Shown here in pieces: positions 49,650-62,560 of a stretch of 64,000 nucleotides of DNA. The stretch covers positions 32,122,347 through 32,186,346 of the forward strand of contig JASCQW010000139.1 of the NCBI GenBank assembly GCA_030264375.1, in the 5' to 3' direction. How positions within the stretch are numbered: the first letter of the stretch is position 1; the number at the start of each line of letters is the position of its first letter. Under the pieces are notes generated by a model. That model was not told where the DNA came from and searched no databases. It worked only from the letters and a program-made list of their open reading frames with translations. Made by a program: the position numbers and the translations under genes. Source of the DNA: Carcharhinus longimanus. Taxonomy: Eukaryota.

Positions 49650-51960
49650 AGAGCACTGGACTCCTTGCTGACTCAATGTGCTGAGAGGAGTATAAAGATG
49701 GCAAACAAAATCTATATGAGTTTGTAAATAAACTGAGTAGATATTTGGCTCTCCTTACTAAAAAATAGGTAGACTCTTGGGCTATTTCCTCTATGCTAGA
49801 TTTCAAAGGTAATAGGATGATTAAGACAGAAGGATTAATAAGGCATTTAAAAGCTTCTATGTCGAGTTATACAAAACAGATCAGTCTGGAGATGCACTAG
49901 TACACATGGAACGTTTTTCTCTTCCTTTAAACTCCCAACCAAAGATCAACCCTATATACCCCCATTTCTAAGAGGGAAGTGGTCTTTTGCCTCAAGGGAC
50001 CTGGTAAGGCTCTGGGGCCTGATAATTTTTGGAGTGAATTTTATAAGGAATTTAAAGACTTGCTAATTGGTCCTCTGATCAGAATGTATAAGCATTCATT
50101 CCAATCAGGCCTGTTGCCTCAGTCACTTTAAGAAGTAAATATCTTAATTTTGAAGGCAAGAATCCTGAGGAATGTACAACCATAGGCAATTTCATTCTTG
50201 AAGGTAGATTTGAAATTGTCGTCTAAAATACTGGCGTTTCATCTAGAAAAAAATCTTCCTCCTGCTAATCCAGACTGGGCTCATAAAAGGCTTTAATTCA
50301 TGTAACGATGTGGAGAGGTTATTAACTATTATTCAGGTCTTCCAAAAACAGCAATAGAAAGCTTTGTGGTCTCATAAGATGCGGAGAAAACTTTTGACTG
50401 TGTGGAGTGAAATTATTTATTCTACACTGTGCAGAAATTTGGACTGAGGGGTGGGGGGGAATTTGTTAAGTGGATTCAAGTGCTTTCGTGTTTAGTGTGG
50501 GCGAGGAAGGGTTGACCATTATCCCTGTTATTGTTTGCAATAGCTATTGAACTCCTCATGAATGCATTCAGTATTTGGGTTATCCAGTGGTGGAAAGCAG
50601 CGTAAGATCCTGTTATACACTGATGATGTGTTGCTTTTCGTGTCTAAGCCAGATGTCTATGTTCCTGCTATTACTGATATCATGGGTAGGTTTGGTTGCA
50701 CTTTGAGATATAAAATTATATTCACAAGTCTGAGTCTGTGCTTTTGGGAAGGCTTAGCGGGAGACCTTTCCCTCTTGTTCCCTTCCCCTTTAATTGGTCT
50801 CCTCCCCCATTCTGAGTCATATAAGGCAAAAACTGCCCCCTTACTTGCATCCATTAAGTGGGACCTATGTCATTGGTCCTTCTTACCGATATCGTGGCTG
50901 GGCAGGATAGCACTAATTAAGATGAATGTACTGCTTAGGTTGTTGTATCCTTTACAATTGCTACAAATTTTGCTTTCTGCTAAGGTCCTAATGGATACTA
51001 ATGGGATGTTTAGCTCCTTTATATGGAACAAAATAAGACCCCACTCAAAATTGGACAAATAGCAGCTTCCTAGTTCAAAGTGGAGGGGGATGCCAAATAT
51101 TAAGATGTATCAATTAGCCTCTCATCTAAGATTTATACAGAAGTCAGTAAGAGGAAACCTCATCAATATTTGGCTTGATATTGAAGCTGGCCAGCCTGAG
51201 GACACCTTACATGCTCTGTTGGATTCTCTGTGAGAATCCAATAGCATTAATGCTCTGAGAGTGTGGAGGGTGGTCCGTGAATTGGAAGGAAGTTTTAATT
51301 TGACTTCCACCCTCTCCCTCTCCCGTTCAGAGTAATCCAGATTTTCCACCATATCTGATGGACCATGGTTTTGATATTTGGAAGGTTAGGAGACACATTA
51401 GATTGGGTGACTTGTTTAATGGTGCCTCGTTATCTTTTGAGCAACTGTGTCAACAATATAATATTCTAAGTTACTCCTTTTTCAGATATTTAGAACTCAG
51501 AAGTTTTATTCTTAATAAGATATTTCTGCATCTTGATGCAAGTGTCTCATGTTGGAAAGAAAAAGATGATATCTATAGAACCAAAGCAATGAATGAGCCA
51601 GATTTATGACACATTGGGTGGAATTTTACTGGCACGTCCGCCCAACTTTTGCATGATCCTGCCTAAGTCCAGTAGAGAATGCCGTTCTCCAAGCCTAGCC
51701 TGCCCCTGGAATCGAGGCTGGCACGTTGGTAAAATCCCAGCCATTATGTTCCAGATCCTGTGTGAATATACCAGCAACTTTGTGGTCTTGGGAAAAAAGA
51801 TCTCTAGTGGCTATTGGTGAGAAGACCTGGGGCAATATCTGAGAAAATGCCAATAGATTCTTTGGCTGTAATACAACGAAGGAGACTCAACTTAAAATAT
51901 TACACTGTCTGCATATTACACCAAGCTTAGGCTATTGGATAGATCCTGTGTATCCTCACT
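49650..51960 (+). mobile_element. Degenerate L1-clade LINE ORF2 (reverse transcriptase) relic in a gene B intron
   Basis: ILLYTDDVLLF (YADD-like), WLGRIALIKMNVLLRLLY, FSSFIWNK and DAEKTFD-like fragments; many stops and frameshifts. Confidence 0.8.
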
Positions 51961-52487
51961 GTGTCAAAAATGCAAATTGGAGAGCGGTGGCACATTGGGC
52001 AGAATTCTCCCAAAAAAGTGCAATAATGGCAAGAATAATGGAGATTTCTGCACCGCTCTCTGAAGTGCACCCTCACTACAATTGCCCCACACTCAGTCAC
52101 TTTTTTGGAGGTTTGGAAGTTCTGCACTGGCACTGGTGGGGGGGGGGCCTAAACATACTGCTGATCCTGGCTTCAGAATGCTTGGGTGCTGTTTCACAAT
52201 CTAACAGTGCACTGGAAGACTCCCTCCTTTTCCCTCTGATCCTCCAGCTTCCCCACCGACCACCCCACTTCACTCCCTCCATCATCAGCAGCATGTTCCC
52301 CCACCTCCTTCCTGAATCAGGTTATCAGCATTAGGGCATGGGAGTAAATGCTACTTTAAATATGCTGATTGGCCTCATGCCCTTTCTGGGCGTGATCAAG
52401 TTCATGTCATTGGAAATGGGCTGGGAGTATCGCAAACTGTCTAGCGCTGGGCACAGAACCAATATTTAAATCCACACACGGTAGCAC

Positions 52488-52830
52488 GGGTGGCACGGTA
52501 GCACAGTGGTTAGCACTGCTGCTTCACAGCTCCAGAGACCTGGGTTCAATTCCTGGCTCGGGTCACTGTCTGTGTGGAGTTTGCACATTCTCCTCCTGCC
52601 TGCGTGGGTTTCCTCCGGGTGCTCCGGATTCCTCCCACAGTCCAAAGATGGGCAGGTTAAGTTGATTGGCCATGCTTAAATTGCCCCTTAGTGTACTAGG
52701 ATGCTTAGGTTAGAGGGATTAGCGGGTAAAATATGTAGGGATATGGGGTAGGGCCTGGGTGGGATTTGTGGTCAGTGCAGACTCGATGGGCCAAAGGGCC
52801 TCTTTCAGCACTGTAGAGTTCTATGGTTCT
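52488..52830 (+). mobile_element. HE1-type SINE, full length, young-looking
   Basis: A box ggtagcacagtggttag, B box gggttcaattcc, conserved core and tail. Confidence 0.9.
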
Positions 52831-52849
52831 TATATTAAGTTGATGTTTC

Positions 52850-53395
52850 TATGCGCCCTATCTGTGACTGCAATATAGTGTTACAGATAGGGTGCAGAAA
52901 AGGATCTGCTTAATATATGGTAGATCCATTCAAAAGCCTGATGACAGCAGGGAAGAAGCTATTCTTGAGTTGGTTGGTATGTGACCTCAGACTTTTGTAT
53001 CTTTTTCCCAATGGAAGAAGGTGGAAAAGAGTGTGCCTGAGGTGTGAGGGGTGCTTGATTAGGCTAGCTGCTTTTCCGAAGCAGCAGAAAGTGTTGATGG
53101 AGTCAATGGATGGGAGGCTGATTTGAGTAATGGACTGGGTTTCGTTCACAACCCTTTGTAGTTTCTTGTCGTCTTGGTCAGAGCAGGAGCCATACCCAAG
53201 CTGTGATACATCCAGAAAGGATGCTTTCTATGATGCATCTGTAAAAATTGGTGAGAGTTATAGCAGACATGTTGGATTTCCTTCGTCTTCTAAGAAAGTA
53301 GAGACATTGGTGAGCTGTCTTAACTATAGCGTTGGCACGGAGGGACCAGGATAGGTTGTTGGTGATATGGACACCTGAAAACTTGAAGCTCTTGA
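52850..53395 (-). mobile_element. Rex1/Babar-type LINE 3' fragment
   Basis: ORF 52910-53149 (HTLFHLLPLGKRYKSLRSHTNQLKNSFFPAVIRLLN); same family as 26540-26982 and 3280-3383. Confidence 0.75.
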
Positions 53396-54619
53396 CAAAG
53401 AGAGACAGGGAAACAGAGAGCTTTAAGGAGATAATTCCAGAGCTTGAGGCACATAGCTGAAGGCATGGATGCTAATTGGGAACAACAAAAAATACAGGAT
53501 GTTTCCTTGTCTCTTTTGACCCTTGTTACCTGAGAAATATCTTTTAGAACAGAGCCTCTGTACACCCTGACAAATAGTGTTTTGTTATATTCTTTTAATG
53601 TTGAAAAATATATTTTTCCCCTGGCTCTGATTCTGAACATATGATATTTAACCTAATCTCTGTCAGCCATCCTCCTGTCCAAAATTGGGCAGTCAAATTT
53701 ATAACTACCTCATATTCTACTGTGCTGCCAGCCCTTACTTCATTGATGGTTGGTCTTCTGAACATGCTCTGACCTTTGCCTGGGGTATGGCTGCCTTTCT
53801 TCAGATTTTCACTCACTTAGCCCAGTTCAAGTCTTCTTGTTCCTTTTATCATCCCATATTGGGGTGGAACATTTCCTTAGCCATGCTGAAAGTCCTAAAC
53901 AGTGGAGCAGCTAAAGAACATTGCGGATCTTACCTTCCACAGGACGATGGTTCACCAATCCTTCTCTGCAAGCCAGTTTTTTGAAGTCAGTCAGAGCTCT
54001 GTATAGCAGGAAGTGGGGAGAGAATTTCCAATCTAACCCAATGGGAAGATCACACGTTCATATTGGTTTTCTGATTAAGATTAATGAAACATCAAAATGG
54101 ATAAGTACGGAAAGGGGATCCAATCCAATCTCATCAGTTCCTAGCGGAGATTACATTACAGTAATCTCCAATGTTCAACTGAAACATTTTTGTGTGAATT
54201 TTCTCCGTTTTTGGCAATCTGGGGAAAAATCTAGGACAATTCTAGGAAAGAATAGTCCAATATTTACACAAACACAAAAGGTAATCCACGAAGATCATTC
54301 GCTTTGTTAATTCCTATTGTCAGTCTTGCAACTCCAGGATCTATCCTCCAATTCTCAGGAGTTTTTACAGCTGCAGAACAGATCTGAATTTTCCTTTTAT
54401 TTCTTTGAAAATGCTGAACAGTTGAACATACAGGAGTGTTTTGCCTGGAGGCATGTGGAGATTTAATTTGGCTCTTGCAAAGCATATATCTACGCTAAGC
54501 CATGTATACGTCAAGGATTTGCTTAGTCCCATTAGCTATATCTAGAGTTTTATTTTTATCTGATGTCCAACTCTGGATAGGCTTGGTTTGAATCTCCCTA
54601 TGTCTACTCAGTCTCACAG

Positions 54620-55020
54620 TAAGACTATAAGACATGGGAGCAGAATTCGGCCACTCAGCCCATTGAGTTTGATCCGCTCATTCAATCATGGCTGATATTT
54701 TTTTCATCCCCATTTTCCTGCCTTTTCCCATACCCCTGAACCCCTTATTAATCAAGAACCTACCTTTCTCTGTCTTAAAGACACTCAATGACCTGGACTC
54801 CACAACCTTCTGCGGCAAAGAGTTCTACAGATTCACCACTTTCTGGTTGAAGAAATTCCTCCTCATCTCTGTTTTAAAGGTTCATCCCTTTAGCCTGAGG
54901 TTGTGCCCTCTGGTTTGAGTTTTTCCTTCTAGTGGAAACATCTTCTCCATGTTCGCTGTGTCCAGGTCTTGCAGTATCCTGTAAGTTTTAATAAGATCCC
55001 CCCTCATCCTTCTAAACTCA
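54620..55020 (-). mobile_element. CR1-type LINE 3' fragment
   Basis: Reverse complement encodes RGHNLRLKG..FKTEMRRNFFNQKVVNL; CR1 tail at 54625. Confidence 0.8.
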
Positions 55021-57476
55021 CCAGCTGTAAGTGCCATGAAGTCCATTATCCTGCCAGACTGATCTTCAAAGGACTGTTAAGTGTGTTGTTTGGCATTATC
55101 TCTGAGAACATATTGATAGGTTATTCCAGTTAAACAGATTGGGGAGGACTAAGAGGGACAAATTTAAACTATTTAAGAATAGGAATTGACTGGAATGGAG
55201 GGTGATGACTATCTTCACACCTTCAAGATGGCATTCATAAAGCTGGGTTACATCATAGAATCCCCACAATACAGAGGAGGCCATTCTCCAATTGAGCCAG
55301 CACCGACTCTCTGACAGAGCAACTTAATCAGGCCCAAAGCCCCCCACCCCGTCCTATCCCCATAACCCCTTGCATTTACCCCACTAATCATCCTAACATA
55401 ACATCCTAGGACACTAAGGAGCAATTTTACATGGCGAATGTAATGTGCATCTTTGGACTGTGAGAGGAAACCAGAGCACCCGGAAGAAACCCACTGAGAC
55501 ATGGGGAGAATGTGCAAACTCCACACAGTCACCCAAAGCTGGAATCAAGCTCGGATCCCTGGCCTATGAGGCAGCAGTTCCCTTCATATCAAAGATAAGT
55601 GGATTCGTTGATGGCACTTTGTCCAAGCGATCTCCTGGCTAGTGCGATTTTGTGGAGTATTTTCCCATTATTGGTTCCAGAGATTTCTCTTTATTTTGCT
55701 TCTCACGGGACATAGCTATGACATTGAAATGTGGGGATGGGGGAATCAGAAAGTCTCTAACTGTGACAATCTAGCCACCATGAGTGTGGGCAAACATGGC
55801 GTGCAGGATGGTCTTTTCCTTCCTGTCATTTTTTTGTCCTTTCGTACAATTGCTTGAGGAGTGGTGTTGTCAGTAGACTGATGAAAAATCTAAGCTATTT
55901 ATTTTGCATCACATATTGGACAAAACAACAGTAACTACTTGCACATATTTTATCAAACAGCTCACAAGCTCAATCAGAGCTGCTAATTCGGGACAGGCAA
56001 AAAATAGAGTCCATTTAAGCTCTGTAAAAACCATAGTGTGTGTGAACCAAACAAACCATTAGGTGTTTGAGGTTTTGACATTCCTTTCAATTCCATCTCT
56101 GTCCTCACATTGTAAATTTCTTAATTGGTTTCTTTAAGGCATTTTCAAGCTGTAGATATTTTGATTTTGGATGCTTAGACGTGGTCGCTGGTTTCTGATG
56201 AACACTTTTTTTTATTCATTCATGGTACATGAATGTTGCTGGTTGGCCAGCATTTATTGCGCGTTCCTAGTTGTCCTTGAGAAGGTGCGAGCTGCCTTCT
56301 TGAAATGCTGTTTCACTCAGTGCTAATTTCAATTTCTGAACCCTTTACATTGACCAGGAAGATATAATTCTTGGCTAGTGAAAGTAGATTTGGATATTTT
56401 TGACTAATTTCCGAAGGTTACTTATGTATTTTTTTAAGTTTAAATTTAAGTTTATTTATTAGTGTCACAAGTTGACTTACATTGACACTGCAATGAAGTG
56501 AAGATCCCCTAGTTGCTACACTCCGGTCCTGTTCGGGTACACTGAGGGAGAATTTATCATGGCCAATGCACCTAACCAGCACATCTTTCAGACTGTGGGA
56601 GGAAACCGGAGCACCAGGTGGAAACCCAAGCAGAATATGGGGAGAATGTGCAGACTCTGCACAGACAGTGACCCAAGCCAGGAATCAACCCGGGCTCCCT
56701 GGCGCTGTCAGGCGCAGTGCTAATCACTGTGCTGCTGTGCTGCCCATAAACATTTAATGTTTCTGCCCAGATGCCAAGGACTTGCCTAGCCAGGCCTGTG
56801 CTGACTGTGCTAGGAATAAGGCTCATTAATAAACTGGACCAATTAGTTTACTACTACTGACCTCATAGTCCATTATTAGTCTCAATATTGGACCTCAAAC
56901 ATAATACTATACTAATGCTAATAATTATTTGCAGTGAAATAGTGACAGTTTGTTTTCCCTGAAAATAAGCTTGTCAGATGGCCCAAGATACATTGAGGTT
57001 ATATAATGTATTGATCATCACAGAAACTGGATTTGGCTGAATGCAGCTGTAATATTTCTGCATTTTGACCATAGTTTTCCCCTTTGTTCTGAAATGTATC
57101 CTTTTCCTGGGGTCATTGATACTTTGAAATTTGTTGCTCTTTCCCACAGAACCTAACCCTTTGTTCTATAACACCCAACCATCAATTCTTGATTTGACTC
57201 CTATTCTATCCTTTTCCTAACTTTGTTCCATCACATCAGTTTCAGCGCAATGAAACCATTACTGGAACTGGGATTTAACAAACATTGTGTTTTTCGGGTG
57301 TGCTGGCAGGTACAGAAATGGGACAATGGGAGTACACTTCTTTGACCTATTATAAAATTCTGCAAATGTTTGTTCAGCAGTCAAGCACAATCCCTCGAGG
57401 GACTTAACGATCACTAGCCTATCCATTTTGAGTTTGAGAGGTGCTTGTTTCTTGCAGAAGTCATTTTTGAACTGAC

Positions 57477-57646
57477 CTGATATATTGAATGGCCATCGAT
57501 GATTCAGGTGTATGTGGTTTTTGATGAATCTCAATGCAGTCTCCACAGTATCAGCAGACTGCACTTTCCTGATTGCTGCAGTAAGCTGCTTGAAGGAGCT
57601 TAGGAGGTCTAAAGATGTTCGGGATGCTTTATTAATATTGTTTTCA
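57477..57646 (-). CDS. Peroxidase gene B propeptide exon
   Basis: 170 bp, tcaacag|T...TCAG|gtcag. ENNINKASRTSLDLLSSFKQLTAAIRKVQSADTVETALRFIKNHIHLNHRWPFNIS resembles the MPO propeptide (LLSYFKQP...RRPFNVT). Confidence 0.9.
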
Positions 57647-59899
57647 CTGTTGAAAGAGGGAAGAATTTCAAAGATTTCATGAAGGCTGTAAGTCAGTTGA
57701 TCAATCCTGAAGCCTATTTGCAAATGTTGCAAAACTCTACTTTTATAAGAACGTAAGAACTGGGAACAGGAATCGAGAGTTTAGCCCTTTGAGTCTGCTC
57801 TGCCATTCAATATGATCATCTCGGCCTCATCTCCACCTCCTTGCCTGCTCCCCATAACCCTCCGTTCGCCTTACTTTTTTTATTTAGTGAATGCAAAGTC
57901 GCCAAATTAAACAGTGTCTTTCAGTCCTGCTGTGTTATGCGCAAAGAGGCCTCCATTGAGTCTATGTTTGTGGTGCATAATTTGCTCTCTGCTCTAATCT
58001 CCCTACTAATTAAAAAGCTATCAATCTCCGCTTTAAGTTTGTTATGAGAGATCAAGATATAGAGTGACCAAGGAGATCAATGAAATTTTATCACAATCTC
58101 ATCATCTTGAGATTGCAACGTATTGAATATCTAATGACTGAGTATAGGTTTCTACTTCTTATTCTCTGTCCACGTATCTAGCAATGTGTTGTTGTCTGGT
58201 GCTGAGTAGCCATGGTGTGGCAAATTTCTACAAGTATTCTCCTGTTCGTAAACTCCAGGCAAACCCTAGAAAGTCCACCAAAATAGTGGGTAGAATTATA
58301 AAGAGCTCTGATGAAGTAAATAGGAATAGATTTTTCCAATTGTTGGAGAGGTCACAAATATAAAACAATCACAAAAGCAATGGATTAGAAACAAAGATGG
58401 ATTGTGTAAACCATTGTTGGAAGAGTCCAGATGCCTTGTTTAAAAGGGCATTAAATAGATGCTTTGAAAAAAAGAATATTAAAGGGATTAAGTGGAAGTG
58501 TGGAATTAGACTAAGGGCTAGATTTTCCTGAAACCCCCTCCCACCCACCACCACCACTCCCCTTCCCAGGAGGTGTTTTTGGGGTGGAGGTGGCTTGCCT
58601 TTGGCTGCTAGCAAGATCTTCCAGTCCAGCTGAAACCTATAGCAATTTGCCAGGCTCACCTGTCTCGCTCCCAAGGTAAGTTGCCATGAGATGGTTTCCT
58701 TCAGGGGGAGCAGAAGATCCCACTAGCAGGAAGGTTGAAAAATTCAATCCTAAGTTCACGATGTGCAGAAAGACATGAGAACAGACACGAGACACCAAAT
58801 GTGTTCAAACTGTAATCTTTATGACTTTAGTAATTGATTGAGTAGAAGCACTAATCTATCCTATAAAGTCATTCAAGAGATTATGTATCTTATTAAATTT
58901 AAGTTGAGTTTATTTATTAGTGTTACAAGTAGGCTTACATTAACACTACAGTGAAGTTACTGTGAAAATCCTCCAAACGCCACACTCCGGTGCCTAGTCA
59001 GGTACACTGAGGGAGAATTTAGCATGGTCAATTGCACCTAACAGGGATGTCTTTTGGACTGTGGGAGGAAACCAGAGCATGTGGAGGAAACCCACATGGA
59101 CACGAGGAGAACATGCAGACTCTGCACAGACAGTGACCCAACTGGGAATCGAACCTGGGTCCCTAACACTGTGAGGCAGCAGTGTTAATCACTGCGCCGC
59201 CCCATGTATAAAACAGTGGAACTAATCTTTATTTTTTCTCCTCAGAGTTATATTACTTTTGCATTGACACTGTCACCATTCTGAGATTGTGGAAGATGGT
59301 CTAATAATGTGGCTTCTTTCCTTTTTTTCTCCTTAGGTTTTAGGAAGGAATTGAAGGTTGAGGCACATTAATTAACAGCGGGAAAGAAATAAGTATCTGT
59401 GCAGAAGTGGGTCATTAGGCTCTGCTTTGGTTTTCGTGTTCTTCGGCCCATTTTCAAATGATGCAAAGAAGCTTAACCCTTGTGTATTAGTAAATGTGCT
59501 GCTGACATTAAGGCGGCAGCAACTTCATTGCAGTGTGAATGTAAGCCCGCTTGCGGCACTAATAAATAAACTAAACAAATTTAATACCAGAGAAATTCAG
59601 CATAGTTAAGCAAATAAACCATGAAATGATGCAACATCTGAATCTTGCATGACAGCAGTCGGAATGTGATAGCTACATAATAAAGGAATGTTGATTAGCA
59701 AACAAAAATGAGAAATAATTCCATTATGATTACTGATGGTTCACTGGTTAATAATCCAGTGTGAAAATTTTATTGGCCAGAATAATTGTGAACTGGAATC
59801 ATTATAAGGGTGTTTGGCTCAGCCACATCAGGTTATTGTGATCAGAGACATTGTAGGTGAATCCAGTTCAAGGGCAGTGTCCCTGAGATTAATACTCAC

Positions 59900-59993
59900 T
59901 CGTCTCTGAACTCTTTGTACAATTGATGGATCATTTTGAAAGCTTCCTGTGAAGTAGTTTGCTTGTACTCACTGCCCAGGGCTCCCTCAGAAT
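59900..59993 (-). CDS. Peroxidase gene B propeptide exon (MPO exon 2 equivalent)
   Basis: 94 bp, gtacag|AT...CGA|gtgagt. SEGALGSEYKQTTSQEAFKMIHQLYKEFRD resembles MPO EEAKQLVDKAYKERRE; its phase 2 end matches the next exon. Confidence 0.85.
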
Positions 59994-62134
59994 CTGTACA
60001 CAAAACAGGAACACAGCACTCAGTAAACTTGTGGAAAATTTAATTTAGATGATTTGTTCACAAGTTAATAACACAAGTGATGTCACAGCACAGATCATTT
60101 CGCTACTCAGGCGAGTTCAGTTCCTGCCAATTACCAGAAAGGGCGGGCAAAGTTGTTGGCGGTTTTAGGATGAATGAAGGTTATTAATACTGAAGAACAG
60201 TCCTCTTTTCAGCTCTTCCACATCTTACCTGAAGGACCTGCAATTCAGAATCTTTTGTCCACATTGTCAACAAAATCTATTGCGGCTTCTTGTCTCCCTT
60301 TACTGAAGGCTTCTCCTTTCAGTGACAGAAGTGCCCATCTTTCTCAGTTCCATTCTCACCTGATGTGGTGGGGATTCTGCCAGGAGCCTGTGCCTCACAT
60401 TCCTCCCAACCAATGCTGTGACCCTTTCCATTCCCCAATTCCCTCTGCTTACTTCATTCTCCATCATTCATTCAGCTACACACTCCTACCCAGCACCTAC
60501 CCACCCTCCCCGGCTCCCTGCTACTTTTTATTCATTCAAGAGATGTGGGCGGCATTGGCTCGGCCAGCATTCGTTGCTCATTCCTTATTGCCCTTGAGAA
60601 GGTTGTGGTGAGCTACCTCCTTGATAGTCCATGTGATGCAGGTGCACCCACCAGGCCATGTGATCAACAGGGGGCCTTGTGGATTGATCTGGCAAGAAGC
60701 TGAGCCAATCATTCCATGGGTCAAGGAGGGACAGGCAGTTGGAGCCATGGAGTTCAGCAGAGCAGTTGCATTGTAATCTCATCTGACCTTGTTGTATATA
60801 TATTATTCTTTATTTGGCAATAAGGCCTTTTATTGTTTAAAGCCACATTGTGTCACCTTCGGTATATTACAGAGGGGAATTTCTAGGTGGTGGAATTTCA
60901 TATCCCTTTCCCTTGTTTGCTCTCTTTCACTTGCTTCTCCCTCTTATACTTCCTTCTTTCCCTTCTCTTCTCTCTCCATATCAGTTCCATCTCAGTTTTC
61001 ATCTTCCATTTGAGTCCTCAGCTCCCCCATTCCATGCTCAGCATTAATGTGGCTCTCAGATAGATCTCTGCTCTGTAAAAGTTTAAAAATAAGTTTTAAA
61101 ATGCTTACGGTTTCCGTACCAATCATTCTAACCGATGAGGGAAAGAAATGTTTCATTTGGTTTCTCAGATTGTCGAACCCTGTAGTTGGAGTTTTGGGCC
61201 ATCCGTATAAACAAGCTTAATCATAGAATCAGAGAGGTCTACAGCACAGAAAAAGGCCCTTCGGCCCATCATGTTTGTGCCAGTCAACGACAAGCCACCC
61301 AACTATTCTACTCCCACTTTCCAGCACTTCGTCCAGAGCCTTGTATACCTTGGCATCTGACATATTCATGTTCCTATTTGTGTCAATTTTAACACAAGGA
61401 AATCCTTTGGTGAAATTTTCACTTGCGTCTTCACGGAATATTGTTTTTTGCAAAAAGTAAATGAAAAATGGAACAATTGAACATGCATGTACCTCGAAAC
61501 CGATTTCCCGGTTTAAAAATGGAGGTATTTTTCCAGCATGTAAAATACCTGCTGAGAATGAACTAAGTGTCAGACATTAACAATAAAAACTGGCAACAGA
61601 GAACATGGAATTCCCTCGCAGGCTGGGGCAGATCTTTTCTTTCTGGCTGTCAGCTCGTCAACTGGCACTAATTAATTCAAACCACTTCATTCACATAAAA
61701 TATTGGCAACAGTTCATGAAATACATACTTTCCAACATTCGAACACATCACCCACTGATGCGATTTTTCTCGAACTTTCTGCCATTCTGTTTTCTTTCCC
61801 CCCCACCGTAAGTGCTCATTTGTCATTGTTTTGAGGGGAAATCATTCTCTACATTTTCCTGCCCGGCGGTTTTGAGCAAGTGGCTAGAGGTCGTGTGGCG
61901 GAAGGCGGAAATGGAGGCACCTCTGTCAGGGTAGCTCCCTAAAGCCCATTGTACACTCATTTTTACATTACAGAGGAAAGGCAGACTACCGCCGCTCCGT
62001 TCTGTTCTCCCTTTCCACGTTCCCGGAAACACTGCAACTTAAATTTGAACACACTGTATTGCACAAAACTTAGATTTAAATCGTTGTGTATATCTAGGGT
62101 ATCAGAGTGCTGTATGCTGTAGATATATACATAC

Positions 62135-62217
62135 ACACGTATGACCCAAATGAACTAGTCATATCGGTCATTTCCCCCAACAAGAAACAAAGGAGGGCAG
62201 GGCAACAACAGGCTCAT
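62135..62217 (-). CDS. Candidate signal-peptide exon of gene B (appears frameshifted by +1 nt)
   Basis: ATG at 62217 reads MSLLLPCPPLFLVGGNDRYD*. Removing one C gives MSLLLPALLCFLLGEMTDMTSSFGSYV ending in phase 1 at a gtatgt donor, as the next exon requires. Confidence 0.4.
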
Positions 62218-62560
62218 GCAGTGCTCAGGAATGCCGCAGCAGCGACCAGACAGGAATTTCAAGCAGGGCCACCTCTGCAGTTTTGGGCTGTGAAGTGTGG
62301 GCTGCACAATGGGAGCCACAGCCTTCTGCTCAGGAGCACACAATCAGGTGCACGTATTGATGTCATTACAGAATTAGTATTCTTGGGCTGTCTGCTGTGG
62401 CGTATAGCCATCATATTTCATTCCTCAGACACAAAGAGAAGCATTTGAACAATTTCATATTGACTGAAGAAGGAGTTTGTTTACAATCTGAAAACTACAG
62501 CACAAAGGCACTTGGCACAATCTGATAGCAACACACAGACAAGAATGCAAATTCTGTCCC

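Noticed and set aside
50562-51062. 166-aa ORF as a host gene
   Set aside because: It is a fragment of a decayed L1 reverse transcriptase.
52488-52560. tRNA gene
   Set aside because: The A/B boxes belong to a SINE head that continues into SINE core and tail; many diverged copies exist.
61109-61179. 71-bp ag/gt-bounded segment as the first coding exon of gene B
   Set aside because: The frame needed to join exon 59993 contains TAG, and its ATG frame ends in the wrong phase and is not hydrophobic.
20444-62217. Naming gene B (or A) TPO, MPO or EPX
   Set aside because: No EGF or TM exon and an MPO-type intron argue against TPO; no Met243 argues against MPO; orthology needs a phylogeny, so no symbol is given.
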